From: Azolla caroliniana | Lineage: Eukaryota; Plantae; Polypodiophyta | NCBI GenBank assembly: GCA_043228905.1 | Contig: JBHGNT010000011.1 | Location: 5,952,001-6,016,000 of the forward strand | Reading direction: 5' to 3' | DNA: 64,000 bases | Notes under the pieces: model-generated | Databases searched by the model: none | Told to the model about the DNA's origin: nothing | Seen by the model: only the letters and a program-made list of their open reading frames with translations | Shown: positions 13,865 through 27,294 of the stretch, one piece after another | How positions within the stretch are numbered: position 1 is the first letter of the stretch | Layout: each line of letters starts with the position of its first letter | Translations under genes and position numbers: made by a program

Positions 13865-14580
13865 GGAGGAGTTTTTTTTGGGCTGACTGCTACGAAGCTG
13901 TCCATATCTTTGCTTTGTGTTATCATCTAGCGATGGTGAAAAGTGCATGAGGGTCCTCCCTGCCTGCCTGCCTGTCGCACACATCAGCTTCTCTGCTGCA
14001 AGGTCAGGAAATATATGTTTGCCCCTGCCTTCCTTATTCATTGGCCTTCCATTTATTTACTTAAATTATTCACTTCGTTTTTTGCAATCCTGCAATTCTC
14101 TCCCCCCTCTCTCTTTCTGCGGGAATGAAGTTTTCTCTGCATCAAAAGGTCTGCTCTGTTTTTGTGAGGAATTTCTCAGTGATAGCTAGAACATTCATGC
14201 ATGCATCCATACATCCGCTAAGACATACATACATTCATACATATGTATGTATGTATGTGTATCTATATGCTCACACACACACAGATAGATGCATAGACAG
14301 ATCTCCAGATATACGTACATGTATGTGCATGTGTATGTATATGCTCACATATGTGGATGGATAGATGGAAGCATAGCTAGATCCACAGGCAGATGCATGG
14401 ATTGATAGAAATAGATGCACAGATGGATTGAATGGAATTAGATTTGATTAAGATTATAATGTCCATTTTGATTGTTTGCAATTCTCTGGTAAGTTATAAT
14501 CCCACATGATGATCTGTTTAGATTCGCTTACAGAAAGTATTTTTGTTTTCGATCATTCTTAGTTAGGTGAATAAAGAAAG

Positions 14581-15579
14581 ATGTCATGTGATCGCGGATA
14601 CCCAAAGAGGATTGTCGTTGGGCTTGCCCTCTTACAGAAGAAGCATCGCTCTTTTGTACGAGAATCCTTGGTCAAAATCGCTAAGGAAAAAGGCATTGAA
14701 CTTGTTGCTATAGACCTAAATTGCGCTCTATCGGAACAAGGTCCTTTCGATGTCATCCTTCATAAGATCCCTAATGATCCTCAATGGAACCAGCAGATTG
14801 TCTCGTTTTCGGAATCTCATCCCGAGGTCGTCGTGATTGATCCTCCTGATGCCATCGAGAGGCTCAATAATCGAATGACGATGCTCCAAGTGGTAGAGAA
14901 TCTCCAAATCTCCGAATATTCTGATCACTATTTTGATGCAAATGTTAAGGACAATGATAATGATGGTAAAATTCCTATTGTTGGGATCCCGAAGCAATGT
15001 GTGGTATCAAGTGACGATGATAAATCTCCTGAGAATCTTGTCAAAGCCTTGGGGTTATCTTTTCCTATCATTACCAAACCTTTGGTGGCTGATGGAACCA
15101 TGGATTCACATGCCATGTCAATTGTCTTCAACCCAATGAGCCTTTCCAAGATCAAACCACCTGTGGTCTTACAAGAATTCATCAACCATGGTGGAGTTAT
15201 CTTCAAGGTCTATGTGGTGGGGAACTATTGTCAGTGCGTTAATCGAAGATCTCTCGCAGATATCGTTTTGGATGATCTTAAAGATGGTGGTCGAGAGCCC
15301 CTCTCCTTCCGTCAGATTTCTAACACGAGCATGGAAACATATTCTTCGGATCCCAACATCAAGGTATTGGAGTTTCCACCCCATAACTTCATCTCTTCTG
15401 TTGCTTCGAGTCTTAGAAAAGCTTTGGGTCTCCATTTGTTCAATTTTGATATCATTAGAGACTCCAAAACTACGAATTGTTACTATATCATTGATATCAA
15501 TTACTTTCCGGGGTATGAGAAAATGCCGGATTATGAGAGAGTTCTCACTGACTTCTTTCTTAGCTTTGCTAAAAATTAG
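14581..15579 (+). CDS. ITPK1: Inositol 1,3,4-trisphosphate 5/6-kinase / inositol-tetrakisphosphate 1-kinase (ATP-grasp), intronless CDS
   Basis: Intact 332-aa ORF with ITPK motifs PFDVILHK, KPLVADG, QEFINHGGVIFKVYVVG, LFNFDII, IDINYFPGY. Possible 5'-UTR intron from GT at 14003 to an AG near 14533-14562. Confidence 0.95.
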   Translation: MSCDRGYPKRIVVGLALLQKKHRSFVRESLVKIAKEKGIELVAIDLNCALSEQGPFDVILHKIPNDPQWNQQIVSFSESHPEVVVIDPPDAIERLNNRMTMLQVVENLQISEYSDHYFDANVKDNDNDGKIPIVGIPKQCVVSSDDDKSPENLVKALGLSFPIITKPLVADGTMDSHAMSIVFNPMSLSKIKPPVVLQEFINHGGVIFKVYVVGNYCQCVNRRSLADIVLDDLKDGGREPLSFRQISNTSMETYSSDPNIKVLEFPPHNFISSVASSLRKALGLHLFNFDIIRDSKTTNCYYIIDINYFPGYEKMPDYERVLTDFFLSFAKN

Positions 15580-16839
15580 AGAGAATTCCTTCATTAGCTC
15601 TATGTGTCTTTTGTTGGAGGCATTACATAGTTTCAAAAAATACATGAATAGTTAATGGAAGCAATTCCAATCCACATTGGGCGGTTTCATGAGAAGGTTT
15701 AGATGTATAGAAGATTTGAAATCTTATACTTCTCCTTACGTGTATATATATGATATTTTTATTGAGAATCTTCTAGTTACATGTGAATCAAGGATGAGAT
15801 GATGATGATTAATTGAAGTGTAAATAGATGTGTATAGATCTAACCATATGTTAGTTACATGTCAATCAAGGATGAGATGACAAGTCTACATATATGTGTA
15901 TCTGTCTATCTCTGTCAATATGTATGTATGTAGCATGTTGTTTAAAGACATGCATTCTACGTACGAAATATGTTTTCGAGCTCTTACACATTCAAAACAT
16001 ATCCTGCATTTCAGAACTGCCATTTCTATAAATAAAAACAATCATAGGGCTCATCTTTTAAAAATGTTTTTAGGTTTATTTTGAAGAATTAAAAGGTAAT
16101 TGCCAGTTTTCTGGCAAGACACCTCTATGAATCCTCTGCCATCTTTCAACTTCTTTTTCTTTTCCTTTTTCCTTCAATTTGTTGCAATTTGCGTGGTGAT
16201 ATGTCTTCGCATTGTCACCAAGATCTGATAAAAGTATTTCAATAACTTACCAGCAAGCCATCAAGATAAACATGTCTAAATACATGTCAAGATCCAACTT
16301 GTTGCTATTGATATTAGAATGTTCAACGTATTGTACATATTGAATTTATATCTTTAGTATAAGTATTCTAAGTATTGGAAAAATATGTTGAATGTTTGAT
16401 AAATATGTAGAAGACGTAATGCTACTATGGCACAACCATGATATATATGGATTTGTAAACTAATACATAGGATAACTTTAAAGTATGAAGTCAATTAGCA
16501 TGGGACAACTTTTTGGATAGAAAGCAAGGATTTGGTTTTGCACGCTAGGTAATGTCATATTTTATTTACGCCATCTTTATGTGTTGATAAGTAAAACAAC
16601 TTTTGAATATGATTTCTTTGAAAGGTTAATCTATGTGGACATTGCTATCATTATTTGACGTGAGGTTCATGATACAAAATCTAGTGCACGGAGAATGACA
16701 ATGTCATAAACATGGTTTTTTTTGAGGGGCTAGTAAGAGCTCACTTATTATTAGAGACTAGGAATGCTATTGATGATGTATTAGGAATACTTATTTCATG
16801 TGATTTATGCCTAGCCCTTTAGTCATGATAGAGAGGATG

Positions 16840-17490
16840 TCATGAGGTTTTTCATTGTTGGTCGGGTAGAACGGCCAAACGTGTGAAAAGAGACAGAAGG
16901 CTTGGAAACTATGAGAAATGATAGTTGTGAGGTTGAGTAGTTCGACAACCACCGACAACACTCAAGCGATCGAGAGAGCAACCCTCATCATGGGTTAACG
17001 GTAATCCCAAAGGAAGGAGGACACCATGCCATATTTATAGCCAGAATACAATGATGAGGCCGACGCAAAAGCGCATGTGTGTGCGTTTCTGACCACGTGG
17101 CAAGCCGACCATGTCTCACAACGTCCAACCGCAACTGATGCAGATGTGTTGAAGATAGCCGAGTTCAGCTTATCACTTGAAGGACAAGTGGCAAATTGGT
17201 ATTCGCAGCATGACCTGGTGGAGTTCTAGTAGAACTTCAACAACTAAAAGAGAAATTCTTCCAATTGTTTCATAGGTGAATCCCACAACGAGAATTGATG
17301 AGTAAGTTCTACGTAGTGTATCAGGAACAGTAGGAGTCAGTTCCCCAATTCGTTATCCATTTCCAAAATCTTAGGCGGCAGTTGGTGCGCCCGCCCCCAA
17401 CAAAGGAATTGAAGGAAACATTCTTGACAACTTTTCGAGAGCCACTTCGGACAACCTTGGTGGTCCTAGATTTCTTGGATAATTCACTTG
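16840..17490 (+). mobile_element. Decayed Ty3/Gypsy gag fragment
   Basis: Retrotrans-gag-like peptides FSLSLEGQVANWYSQH and ESVPQFVIHFQNLRRQL with stops; similarity appears to stop near 17490. Confidence 0.6.
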
Positions 17491-17949
17491 AAATACATTT
17501 GCGTTCACAAGTGGAATGATCGCGCATAAATGGAAGGATAAGGAATATTCCGTTTGATTTGAGTACTTTTTCAGTGATATTACAAAACACATTGAAACCA
17601 GTATTATACATTCTCAAATATACTATGAAGAAGGTTAAAAATCCACCATTTTCATGATTTAAAAATAAATTAAAAAAGTGAAATTTCAAAAAGTTACATT
17701 CTCAATTTATATCACAAACTTTACAACCAATGTTTTTTTTATAAGAAACAATATTCATAGGAATCGAAAGAATTCAAAACACATGCTTTTATATTACTCG
17801 ATTTGTTACTAGAGGAAGGTAGTTACACTTAATAGCCAAAAGTACATTCATGATTACTCATTTACGAAGAATCACTACTATAACCAATATACAATGAGGA
17901 TTCCTCCTCGTCATCCTCAGATGTACCAATCAATGCATTATCTTCATCA

Positions 17950-20520
17950 TAAACCAAATGGTTTGACTCTAGATTATATGCAACAAATCTCGTTTGCCTT
18001 CAACTCAAGCCACCTTGTAGACTTGGCAATTTTTCTTTTATTATATCTATCGTTGACTTCCTTAAACGTCCAGCTTTTGTAAGCGTGAAGTTGTACACGA
18101 TGATATCCACATCAGAGATATCAAGGGTCAAGGTGTTACGAATGTTTCGCTTCCTCTTCCTACCTCCCCTTGTCGTTGGGCATTCAATCATCTCCAAAGT
18201 ATACTTACCCGTAAAAGCATTTTCACTTCTAGTGTTGTACCAATGCACTTTGATAGACTTGATCATGTTTTCTATTTCATGCATTAGTATTTCTAAAATT
18301 TTACCCATTCAAAATTGGTGGCCATGTGAGTTCTCATTAGCAGGTGTTGCAATCAACATCCCTGCCGCGAGCTCTTGCAAAATGCCTTGCCATCTAGCTT
18401 CAACTGCTTTGGTCATCCTTGGTCCCACATAAATGTCTGTTTGTTGTGGATGGACCAAACTGTCATTAATCGCATTTGCTGGTTGCTCCGGAGTATTATT
18501 TACATGATCATGTTGTAGCGACCATGTGAATGACATTTCCAAGGTCCAATTATCACCATATACACAATTGTCAATAATTCCTTTCTGATCACTAAAAAAT
18601 ACATCCCACCATGACGTGTCTTGTTGTGTGGCATATTTCTTTGTGGCCTCAATATGCTTTCTTTTATCTATTATGGCTTGGTGCCATAAGTGTTTTTGTT
18701 TCGATATCAAGTCACTATGCAACTGTCCTTTCTTCTCAATTGACATTTGTTTAGCTTCATGGACTATTTTACTCGGCATACAAAGTAAGAACCGGCAACC
18801 ACCTTCAGGTTCCCATTTTGTAGAAGATGAATATTGTTTGGCATACAAAAGCGTAGAGCCACTTATTTCATTTTTCTTTATCATAAAAATGCGATTGAAG
18901 CTTATATTGTTTTATTGGGTGAGCAATTTAACATTCCCAACACCCCCATTTGATATATAACTCGTAAAGTCATATACCTCCTTCAAGTGTAACACTTTTG
19001 GGTGTGGTGTATATGCATCACAAATGATATCAAATAGTTTTGGTAATGTGAAAGCATCATGCCGAGACAACTATCTAGAGAATGTGCTAAACATCTGATC
19101 TATATGATCACGTGTGTGGCCAACCAAAAGAAAATTGACTTTCGCTTTTCTAAGCAATCTTTGGTTGACCAACATACTTAGATAACCAAACACAGTTGAA
19201 TTTTTGTTCTCTCTAGCAGTATTGTCCAATTGAATATAGAGAACAGGGGGGAATGGCTGGCCCCAAGACATTAAAACGCGGTGAATCACTTGAACTGTTA
19301 GGTTAGGGCCATTGTGAACATTAGGGTATGTAATGAAGACATTAGGTTCAATTGACCTATTATAAGCCAAACATCCCACCAAGTGCATTTGAACAAGGGA
19401 CTCATCATTGATGTCTTTGGGGAGCCTCCGCATATGCGGTAAGCACGTCTTCTTCTAGTCCATGCCATCAATCATTAAGCACATGTATTGTTCGGGCCTC
19501 TTCAAACACTTGTCTCTATGATGCATCGCCTTCTTTTGTTCTAACGATTGTGCCTCACGATGCTCCCGTAGTAACTTCTTACTCATATCCTTTTCCATTG
19601 TTGTCTTCGCACCTTTAGCCAAACTTTTAAGGTTCGCACAAATCGAGCAATACCTCATGCGTACTTTACGCGGAATAATAACATTTGAAAACAATGTTCT
19701 CCGCAATCTTGTGAATTGGTTGATGTGACATATTTATCACTTGATAATAGCATTTCTGATCGATAGACATCATAAACTTCTTGATGTGTGTAATTATCAA
19801 AGAGGTGCATCGTACCCGTAGTAGGCCTTACTTCACATTTAACTAAAAGAAATTTTTTATCCAACCAATAACATGTCTTCCAATTGCACCTTTCATACTT
19901 GGAACCTCTTTACAATTGACAGTTTGATCCCCACTAAGAAGACGTTGTTGTACTCTATATAGACGCATGTTACTAACACATAGCACAATTTTGAATGTAA
20001 CTCTACATATTTGTTGCACATGGAAGATTGATACTTTGAACCCCGAAGATTTGTCAAACACCAATTGCATATGTGAGACGAGGTAAGTGTCTTGCTCATC
20101 ACCAGTCATTGAAAAATAGTAACGCCTTAATTCTGGCAACTTTGCTTTTCCAATCATTGACATACAACCACAAGCACAACATGTTTTGTTGACATCAAAT
20201 CTAAGTTGCTTATCTGATGTCACAAAGTTAAATCGTGCCAAACGAATTCTACGTGGGATTCTTCTAATATGCATAGGGCTTCCCGATTTGTTTTCTTGAG
20301 TAGAAATAAGGGCAACCATATTAGAGTCAATTACATTGTTGTTAGGTTGACCGCCAATGATCTTCGATGTTTCATTGGCATTACCTTCATTGTATGTATC
20401 TTTATTGACATCGTATTATTCGATAGAGAACTCTTCACATGAGTCGTTATTCACATGGGGTATAAGAGAAGATGAGCTCAAACAATATTCTTCGACAAAA
20501 AATGATGTATTTGTCGACAT
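17950..20520 (-). pseudogene. DUF7869-type (Sola-like) DDD transposase, disrupted by stops and frameshifts
   Basis: Collinear minus-strand fragments: CCACGC, YCSICANL (Cys motifs), MCLMIDGMD, LYIQLDNTARENKN, NFLLVGHTRDHIDQMFS (three putative catalytic Asp), C-terminal F*MGKI...FTLTKAGRL. Superfamily assignment is tentative. Confidence 0.75.
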
Positions 20521-21299
20521 ACAATACACTCTTCAACCGAAAACGGTGAGTTTTCACCTTAATTTAATGTCTATATTATTTATTATTATATAAAATAAAC
20601 AAATAATACAATAAAGAAAGATATTATTATTGTATAAAATTTATTTTATTAATTATATTAATAAATCTATACACTTCTCATTATAATGTACATAAACTTT
20701 ATTTTATACCTTATTAATCATATAGTCTATATTTAAAATTTAATTTACTGTATACAAATAGTATGTTATTACAAATAGTTCAATAATGAAGATCACAATA
20801 ATTTAAAAGTGTCATTCCCCATGCGTAAATTAACTTGCTATTCCCATAATGTGTATTAAATAAAAAAAATATAGTCTTTATCAGTGTTGGAAAAAGTCTC
20901 TAGCCCATACCGGATATTTTCCTGCTTCTCATGAACCTAACTGGGATTTTTAAATTCCAGCTAGCCATGTTCCTACCAGCGACAATGTCAACCAGAACAT
21001 ATTGAATTTTGTTTTTGGGCACATACCAAAAAAAAATAAAATCTAGCGCAATACCAAATCAAATCAATCACAAAAATTTGGATCCCAAAAACTAAAGATA
21101 TATATTTAGCAAAACAAAATTCTAACTTTTTAAACAAAATTCACTTTTCAAAACTTTGTAAACTAGCATTAACAACATATTAGATTAAATTAGATCTAAT
21201 ATATATAGAAGTTCCAAAACAAAATCGATCAAATTTATAAAGTTTCAATCTATATCTTCTATGAAGTCCTCGATGTCACCATCATGCTCATGAGAAGTT

Positions 21300-23430
21300 C
21301 CTGTAAAAATATGACGATATGCCTTGCTTTCTCGCCACAACAAAATATTGGCACTAAGGTCATGTTCTTCTAAAGATTCTTATCAATGCATCAATCACAT
21401 TGCTTTTTAGCCTATTTCTAAACTTATTTTTTATTAGATTTAGTCGACTAAAGCCTCTCTCACATGCTGCCGTAGAAGAACATTGAATTAATCCTATCAA
21501 TGAAAGCTTTAGAAGTTCGGGTAGCGTTTCTTTCCATACATCATTACAATTTATCATACCCCAAACTTCTAAGAAATCTCTTCCAAGCCATTAAGTAGTG
21601 GCTTGCCTTTTGAAAATTGCATATTCATCATACAGTTTATTATTATCAATTATGGGAGAAAACGCTTTCCCATCTATCATTTTTTGAATGTCATAAAAAT
21701 TTCCAAGTGTTTTCAACTCATTAAGACCTATAGTTTTTTGTGCTAAAATGCTTGTAGATCCGGTAGACATGTTCATTGGTGATAACATTTTCAACGTGGA
21801 AAGAGTCACCGAATCTTGAAGCCTTTTTTTTATTGTCTCTATTAATTCCTTAGAAAACAAAGTTTGGAATCATATGGCTTCAATTAAGTCCTCACCATCA
21901 ATACATCCATCCATGAGGATGCTTTTATACATATTACCTTTTATAACATCTCTTAAAACTAAAGCATTCCTTTCTCTACCATATTCTGGAATAATTGGAT
22001 AATTATAGCTATCCTTCTCAAAACCATTGAGATCCATCATAACATGATGTATAAATTGTTCTTCTATCTCCCTAATGGCTATCATAGCCAAATCTCCAAT
22101 GCATGTCACATCCACATATTCCTTTTGGAATTCCATACTTAACGTAAACATGATCTTAAGTACATATGCAAGGAAGTGAATCATGTACACTACTTTAAAG
22201 TTTCTTAAACTTAAGAATACATTGTATGCATCACTTTGCGATTGCAAAGTCTTCATCATGGGTTCATACATATCACATACCCTCATGATAACACCATGCC
22301 GACTAAGCCATAGTGTCTTCACAATCCCAAGAATATGCAAATGTTTGTATTCTAATGCATCTTGCATCTTAGGTAATTCACCTTAGCACATTGAGCTCCT
22401 CGAGAAATGTGCGGCCACCCGATTCACAAGGGCATCTAACTGCTTGCATGTTTCTTTGTCTTTAATGTTTTTTGAAGCCTCTTGCACACACAAGTTTGTT
22501 CGATGTGCACAACAATGTAAGGAAGTCATAAATGGATTATATGACTTCAATCTTGTTGCAACACCTATAGACATACCTACCATAACAGATGCTCTATCAC
22601 TTCCAAATCCCATCATTTTTCTAACATCTAAGTTCCACTTTTTTAGCAATGCTAAAATTCTTTCTGTTATTGTGTTCGTTGTACCATCCTCTACTTGCCT
22701 TCCTTCCTCAAATGTAGCGTAAAGGATTAAGTTCTTGGTTAAGCTTAAATCGGTAGCTTCATCTACCATAACCCCAAACCAAGGACTTGTTCTCACCCTA
22801 TCATATATCTCAGCTTCAAGAGCCTTGCGAATGTGCAAGATAAAGCTTGCGCAAGCCTTATTATCGTTATACATTCGTGGAAGGCCTTCCACCACACATT
22901 CTCTTAACAATCGTAAGATGCTTTCCAATTTTCTAAATGTCAAATCCTCTTTAGCTATAAAATATGCACATTTAAACAATTTTTCAATTGCTACATCCAC
23001 ACTAGCTTTTTTCTTTGATGCACATTTTTCAAAACCATTCTTGTCTTGTTCTTGTAATAAAATGGCATCTCAATGGGCCACACTTCTTGCATGTTCTTCA
23101 AATGTAGAAGTCTTAAAGTTTTTGGCACTTGTTTTGCCAAATGAAGACTTACAACGAGGATCACTCCTACAATAAGTACACCATAAAAGACCAATTTCCA
23201 AATCCTCTTAAAGCCACTTATATTTAGTGGGCAAATCTTCTTGAAATTTTAGTTTGGCCTTACTAATTCTATTCATCTCATGAAGTAACTCGTGAGAGGG
23301 TTGATGGTCCTTTATAGGCTCTTCTAGAGACACATCTTCATTGGAAGATGACAAGTTTTTCCTAAAACTAGGCATTGTAAAGAGACTGATTTGCTTTCCT
23401 TTGCCTTTCGTATTTTTGTTGTGGGACCTA
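21300..23430 (-). pseudogene. hAT transposase (ZNF862/C17orf113-like), disrupted
   Basis: GVMVDEATD, GFGSDRASVM, HCCAHRTNL, TLWLSR and dimerisation motif SSTAACERGFSRLNLIKNKFRNRL, split over ORFs 21360-23000. Confidence 0.9.
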
Positions 23431-24806
23431 CTGTAACAATAATGTAGAGTTACATTAGACTAGCATAATCTATGGATTCCATTTAAAAGAAGGGGAAATA
23501 TACATACACAATCCATGTTTTCTAAAAAGAATACCTGGATTCCATGTAGAGTTACGTTAGACTAGCATAATCTATGGATTCCATTTAAAAGAAGGGGAAA
23601 TATACCTGGGCAAATTAAAATACCTGGGATATATGGAAGATTACGAGGCAATCAAGGATCAAGTTTCCACTATAGATCTTCGAATCTATCAAAAAATTAA
23701 GATGAAAGAGGATGACTCACATTAGCTTATACACACATGCAAATCCATGTATGTAAATGTGAAAGAAATTGAGGGAACAAATATATTACAAACAATATTG
23801 AAGGACAAGATCAAGAGAAAAAAGTAGTTTATTATTAAAACAAGACGACAACAAAAATGTAAGGTAATAATGCTCGTCGAGTTTTCATGAACCCATAAAT
23901 ATTTGAGTTTGAACTCATACGATGTAATAGAACATAAAATTGATTGAACATAATATGTTTAGCAAGAAACAAATGATAAAAAATAACATTAAGTACACCA
24001 TAAAAGACCAATTTCCAAATCCTCTTAAAGCCACTTATATTTAGTGGGCAAATCTTCTTGAAATTTTAGTTTGGCCTTACTAATTCTATTCATCTCATGA
24101 AGTAACTCGTGAGAGGGTTGATGGTCCTTTATAGGCTCTTCTAGAGACACATCTTCATTGGAAGATGACAAGTTTTTCCTAAAACTAGGCATTGTAAAGA
24201 GACTGATTTGCTTTCCTTTGCCTTTCGTATTTTTGTTGTGGGACCTACTGTAACAATAATGTAGAGTTACATTAGACTAGCATAATCTATGGATTCCATT
24301 TAAAAGAAGGGGAAATATACATACACAATCCATGTTTTCTAAAAAGAATACCTGGATTCCATGTAGAGTTACGTTAGACTAGCATAATCTATGGATTCCA
24401 TTTAAAAGAAGGGGAAATATACCTGGGCAAATTAAAATACCTGGGATATATGGAAGATTACGAGGCAATCAAGGATCAAGTTTCCACTATAGATCTTCGA
24501 ATCTATCAAAAAATTAAGATGAAAGAGGATGACTCACATTAGCTTATACACACATGCAAATCCATGTATGTAAATGTGAAAGAAATTGAGGGAACAAATA
24601 TATTACAAACAATATTGAAGGACAAGATCAAGAGAAAAAAGTAGTTTATTATTAAAACAAGACGACAACAAAAATGTAAGGTAATAATGCTCGTCGAGTT
24701 TTCATGAACCCATAAATATTTGAGTTTGAACTCATACGATGTAATAGAACATAAAATTGATTGAACATAATATGTTTAGCAAGAAACAAATGATAAAAAA
24801 TAACAT
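23173..24806. repeat. Tandem duplication of an 817-bp unit inside the hAT element
   Basis: TAAGTACACCATAAAAGACC starts at 23173 and again at 23990; the copies look identical wherever compared; each has an internal ~102-bp-period duplication (23442/23544). Confidence 0.93.
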
Positions 24807-25261
24807 TTTTGGGAGTTAAGAGATGTGTGCAGTCGGGAAAGGAATCTTGGAGGTAAATTTACAAGTATAAAACGTTTTCACCATTTAAATGATCCATGAA
24901 AGATAAATAAGAGTGTTAAACGATTAGATTTTCAACGATCCTTTTCAAAGTTGTAACATTCTCTACTGGGTACCAAAATTAGCCCTCTACTTCACATTTT
25001 ACAAAAGTGGTGTATATATTAAAACAAGATGACAATACAAATGCAAGGTAATAATGAAATATACATGCCTCGTGATTTATTCTTGTCTATTCTCATCATC
25101 TTTCTGTGCTTTCTTTGTGCTAAGATAATTTGTTGTGCATAATTCCTCCCAAATTTCAACCTATCCTCCACTACATGTGTTTGAAATATATGTTGATTCT
25201 CATCTCAAATTTGTCAATTCATCTAGTTATATTGTCTAATTTGTTTATCATAGTAGCCCCT

Positions 25262-25295
<34 letters not shown>

Positions 25296-25754
25296 GAAGC
25301 GTAAATCTCTTTCCACACCTAGTTCACTTACATCTTCACAACTTCATGTTCACCCACTAAAACGAAGCATGAAGATTCAACCCTCTTCTCCAATGCACAT
25401 ACTTTGTGATGATCCCACATCTTTGCCTTACAATGTTTAAGAGACGTTTAAGAAGTGATCAAATCACTTGATAATTGAAAATGTCATACATGAATATTTG
25501 ATTGAAAGCCTACATTGCAATGTATTGCAAAATGAGTCTCTTGATTATTGTTACATTTTATGAATGGTCTTACGGTTTTATTGTCATCAAACTACATACA
25601 TGAAGCCTACACTTATTAATATGAATATTCTAGAGTAAAAACATACAATCTAGAAGGAAAATAAACAATGTAATGGAAAGTTCACATAATTATATGAGAA
25701 AATGGACTTAGGGTACAAGACCCTAATACTTAAAAATGTGCACTCACCTCGCAA

Positions 25755-26245
25755 TAGAGAGTAGCGAGTGACGAGCAATGAACAACTCCTAGTGAGCGGT
25801 AAGTAACGAGCGGTGATCAATGAGCGGCAAGTAACGTGGGGGAATCAACGAGTAGTGAGCGGCGAGTAACGAATGATGAGTGATGAGTGACAAGCGACAA
25901 TCAACAAGTGGTGAGCAACTATCAGTGAGCGACGAGCGGCAATTATTGAGTGACAAGCGACAATTACTGAGTGACGAGCGGCAATCAACGAGGAAGGACC
26001 AACGATCAATGAGTAATTACTAATAAGCAACGAGCAGTGGGCAATGTGCAGTGACCAGTAAACAATGAGCAGTGAGGAGCATTAGCGAGTAATGAGAAAC
26101 GAATAACAAGCAACTCCTAGCGAACAACGAGGAAGTAGGAAGTAGGAATGACAATGAACAATGAGCAACGAGCAACGAGCAACGAGGAGGGAGCAGTGAG
26201 CAGCAAGCAACGAGCAACAAGGAGGGACTCGAGAGTAGCGAGCAA
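25755..26245. repeat. Degenerate short-period repeat tract (GAGCAAC/GAGTGAC-like) in the hAT subterminal region
   Basis: Many imperfect GAGCAAC, GAGTGAC and GAGCGGC units. Confidence 0.7.
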
Positions 26246-27049
26246 GAAATCAGATGACAGAGAGGGAGAAAAACAAAAAGAGGGGGAAAGTAAAACACAA
26301 AAAGGGGGTAAAAAGTGGTAAAGACAAGAAGAATATATAAAAACTTATTTTTTACCTTTATTTTTTTACATAAACTATATAAATAGCCGGTTCAAAAAAT
26401 ATGAACCGGCTAGATTCTGGTTGGTAGGAAAACTTGGCCGGAATCAATTCCGGCTGTCCCCCACCTTGGCCGGCAAAAGTCCCAACCCAATTGGAACGCT
26501 GGCACTGTTCTTGGGACGTTGCCCAACACTGGTCTTTATATACATATAGTATATATTCACAATCATTAGAGAGTAATAAATATGTTTGTTTCCAGTCTTC
26601 AATCATTGGTTCATTCATGAAGATCATAATCATTTAGAAGTACTAATCCCCATGTGGGAGCTATATTAATTTATTCCTTTATTTATTTCACTTTAATCAT
26701 AAGTTCATAATCATTTAGTGGTAATTATAATCAAACTATTATAAAAAAATACAATCAATAATGTCCCATTATTGGCGCCCTAAGATTCCATGCCATAAAT
26801 ACAATTGGGATACAACTATTATCACCAATAATTGGTAAGCACATATGTACCTTTAACTATGACTATAACTACCCTAGTCTACGTAACTGACTAACATATA
26901 AGTAACCCTTAACTAACATCCAAAACTTATGTCGTGACTTTGTACTAACAAAACTGTACTAACGACTAGCTAACGTAGGGGAGCTAACTTGCATGTAACC
27001 CAACTTTGGTGGACTAACTATAGTTACATTAACCACGGCTTTAAATCCC

Positions 27050-27057
27050 TATAAATA
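27050..27057 (+). promoter_or_regulatory. Putative TATA box of the ParB-MTase gene
   Basis: TATAAATA ~130 bp upstream of the ATG at 27183, followed by a C/A-rich leader. Confidence 0.5.
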
Positions 27058-27294
27058 AGAGGACCTCGTCATTTACGAGATCTCACACGCACAATCAAGC
27101 ACAGAGAGCAATCAGAACAATCAGAGCATCACCAACGCAAGAGCACGTGACTATGTCCCTGTCACTAGCAAGCATGAAAATCATGTCTTCAAAGAGGATT
27201 GAGTGCAAGGACTCTAGGTAGGCAACTAACTGTATAGACACTTCATGAGTTGTATGTTTTCCAACCATGTCCAAACATACATTGGTCCTGATTC

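Larger units (their letters stand above)
20882..26531 (-). mobile_element. hAT DNA transposon with both termini, TIRs and an 8-bp TSD
   Basis: Starts CAGTGTTGG, ends CCAACACTG (imperfect TIR extends to ~20 bp); flanked by identical GTCTTTAT at 20874-20881 and 26532-26539. Confidence 0.95.

Noticed and set aside
14559-15655. Overlapping antisense and alternate-frame ORFs over ITPK
   Set aside because: Shadow ORFs of a real coding sequence; no recognisable motifs.
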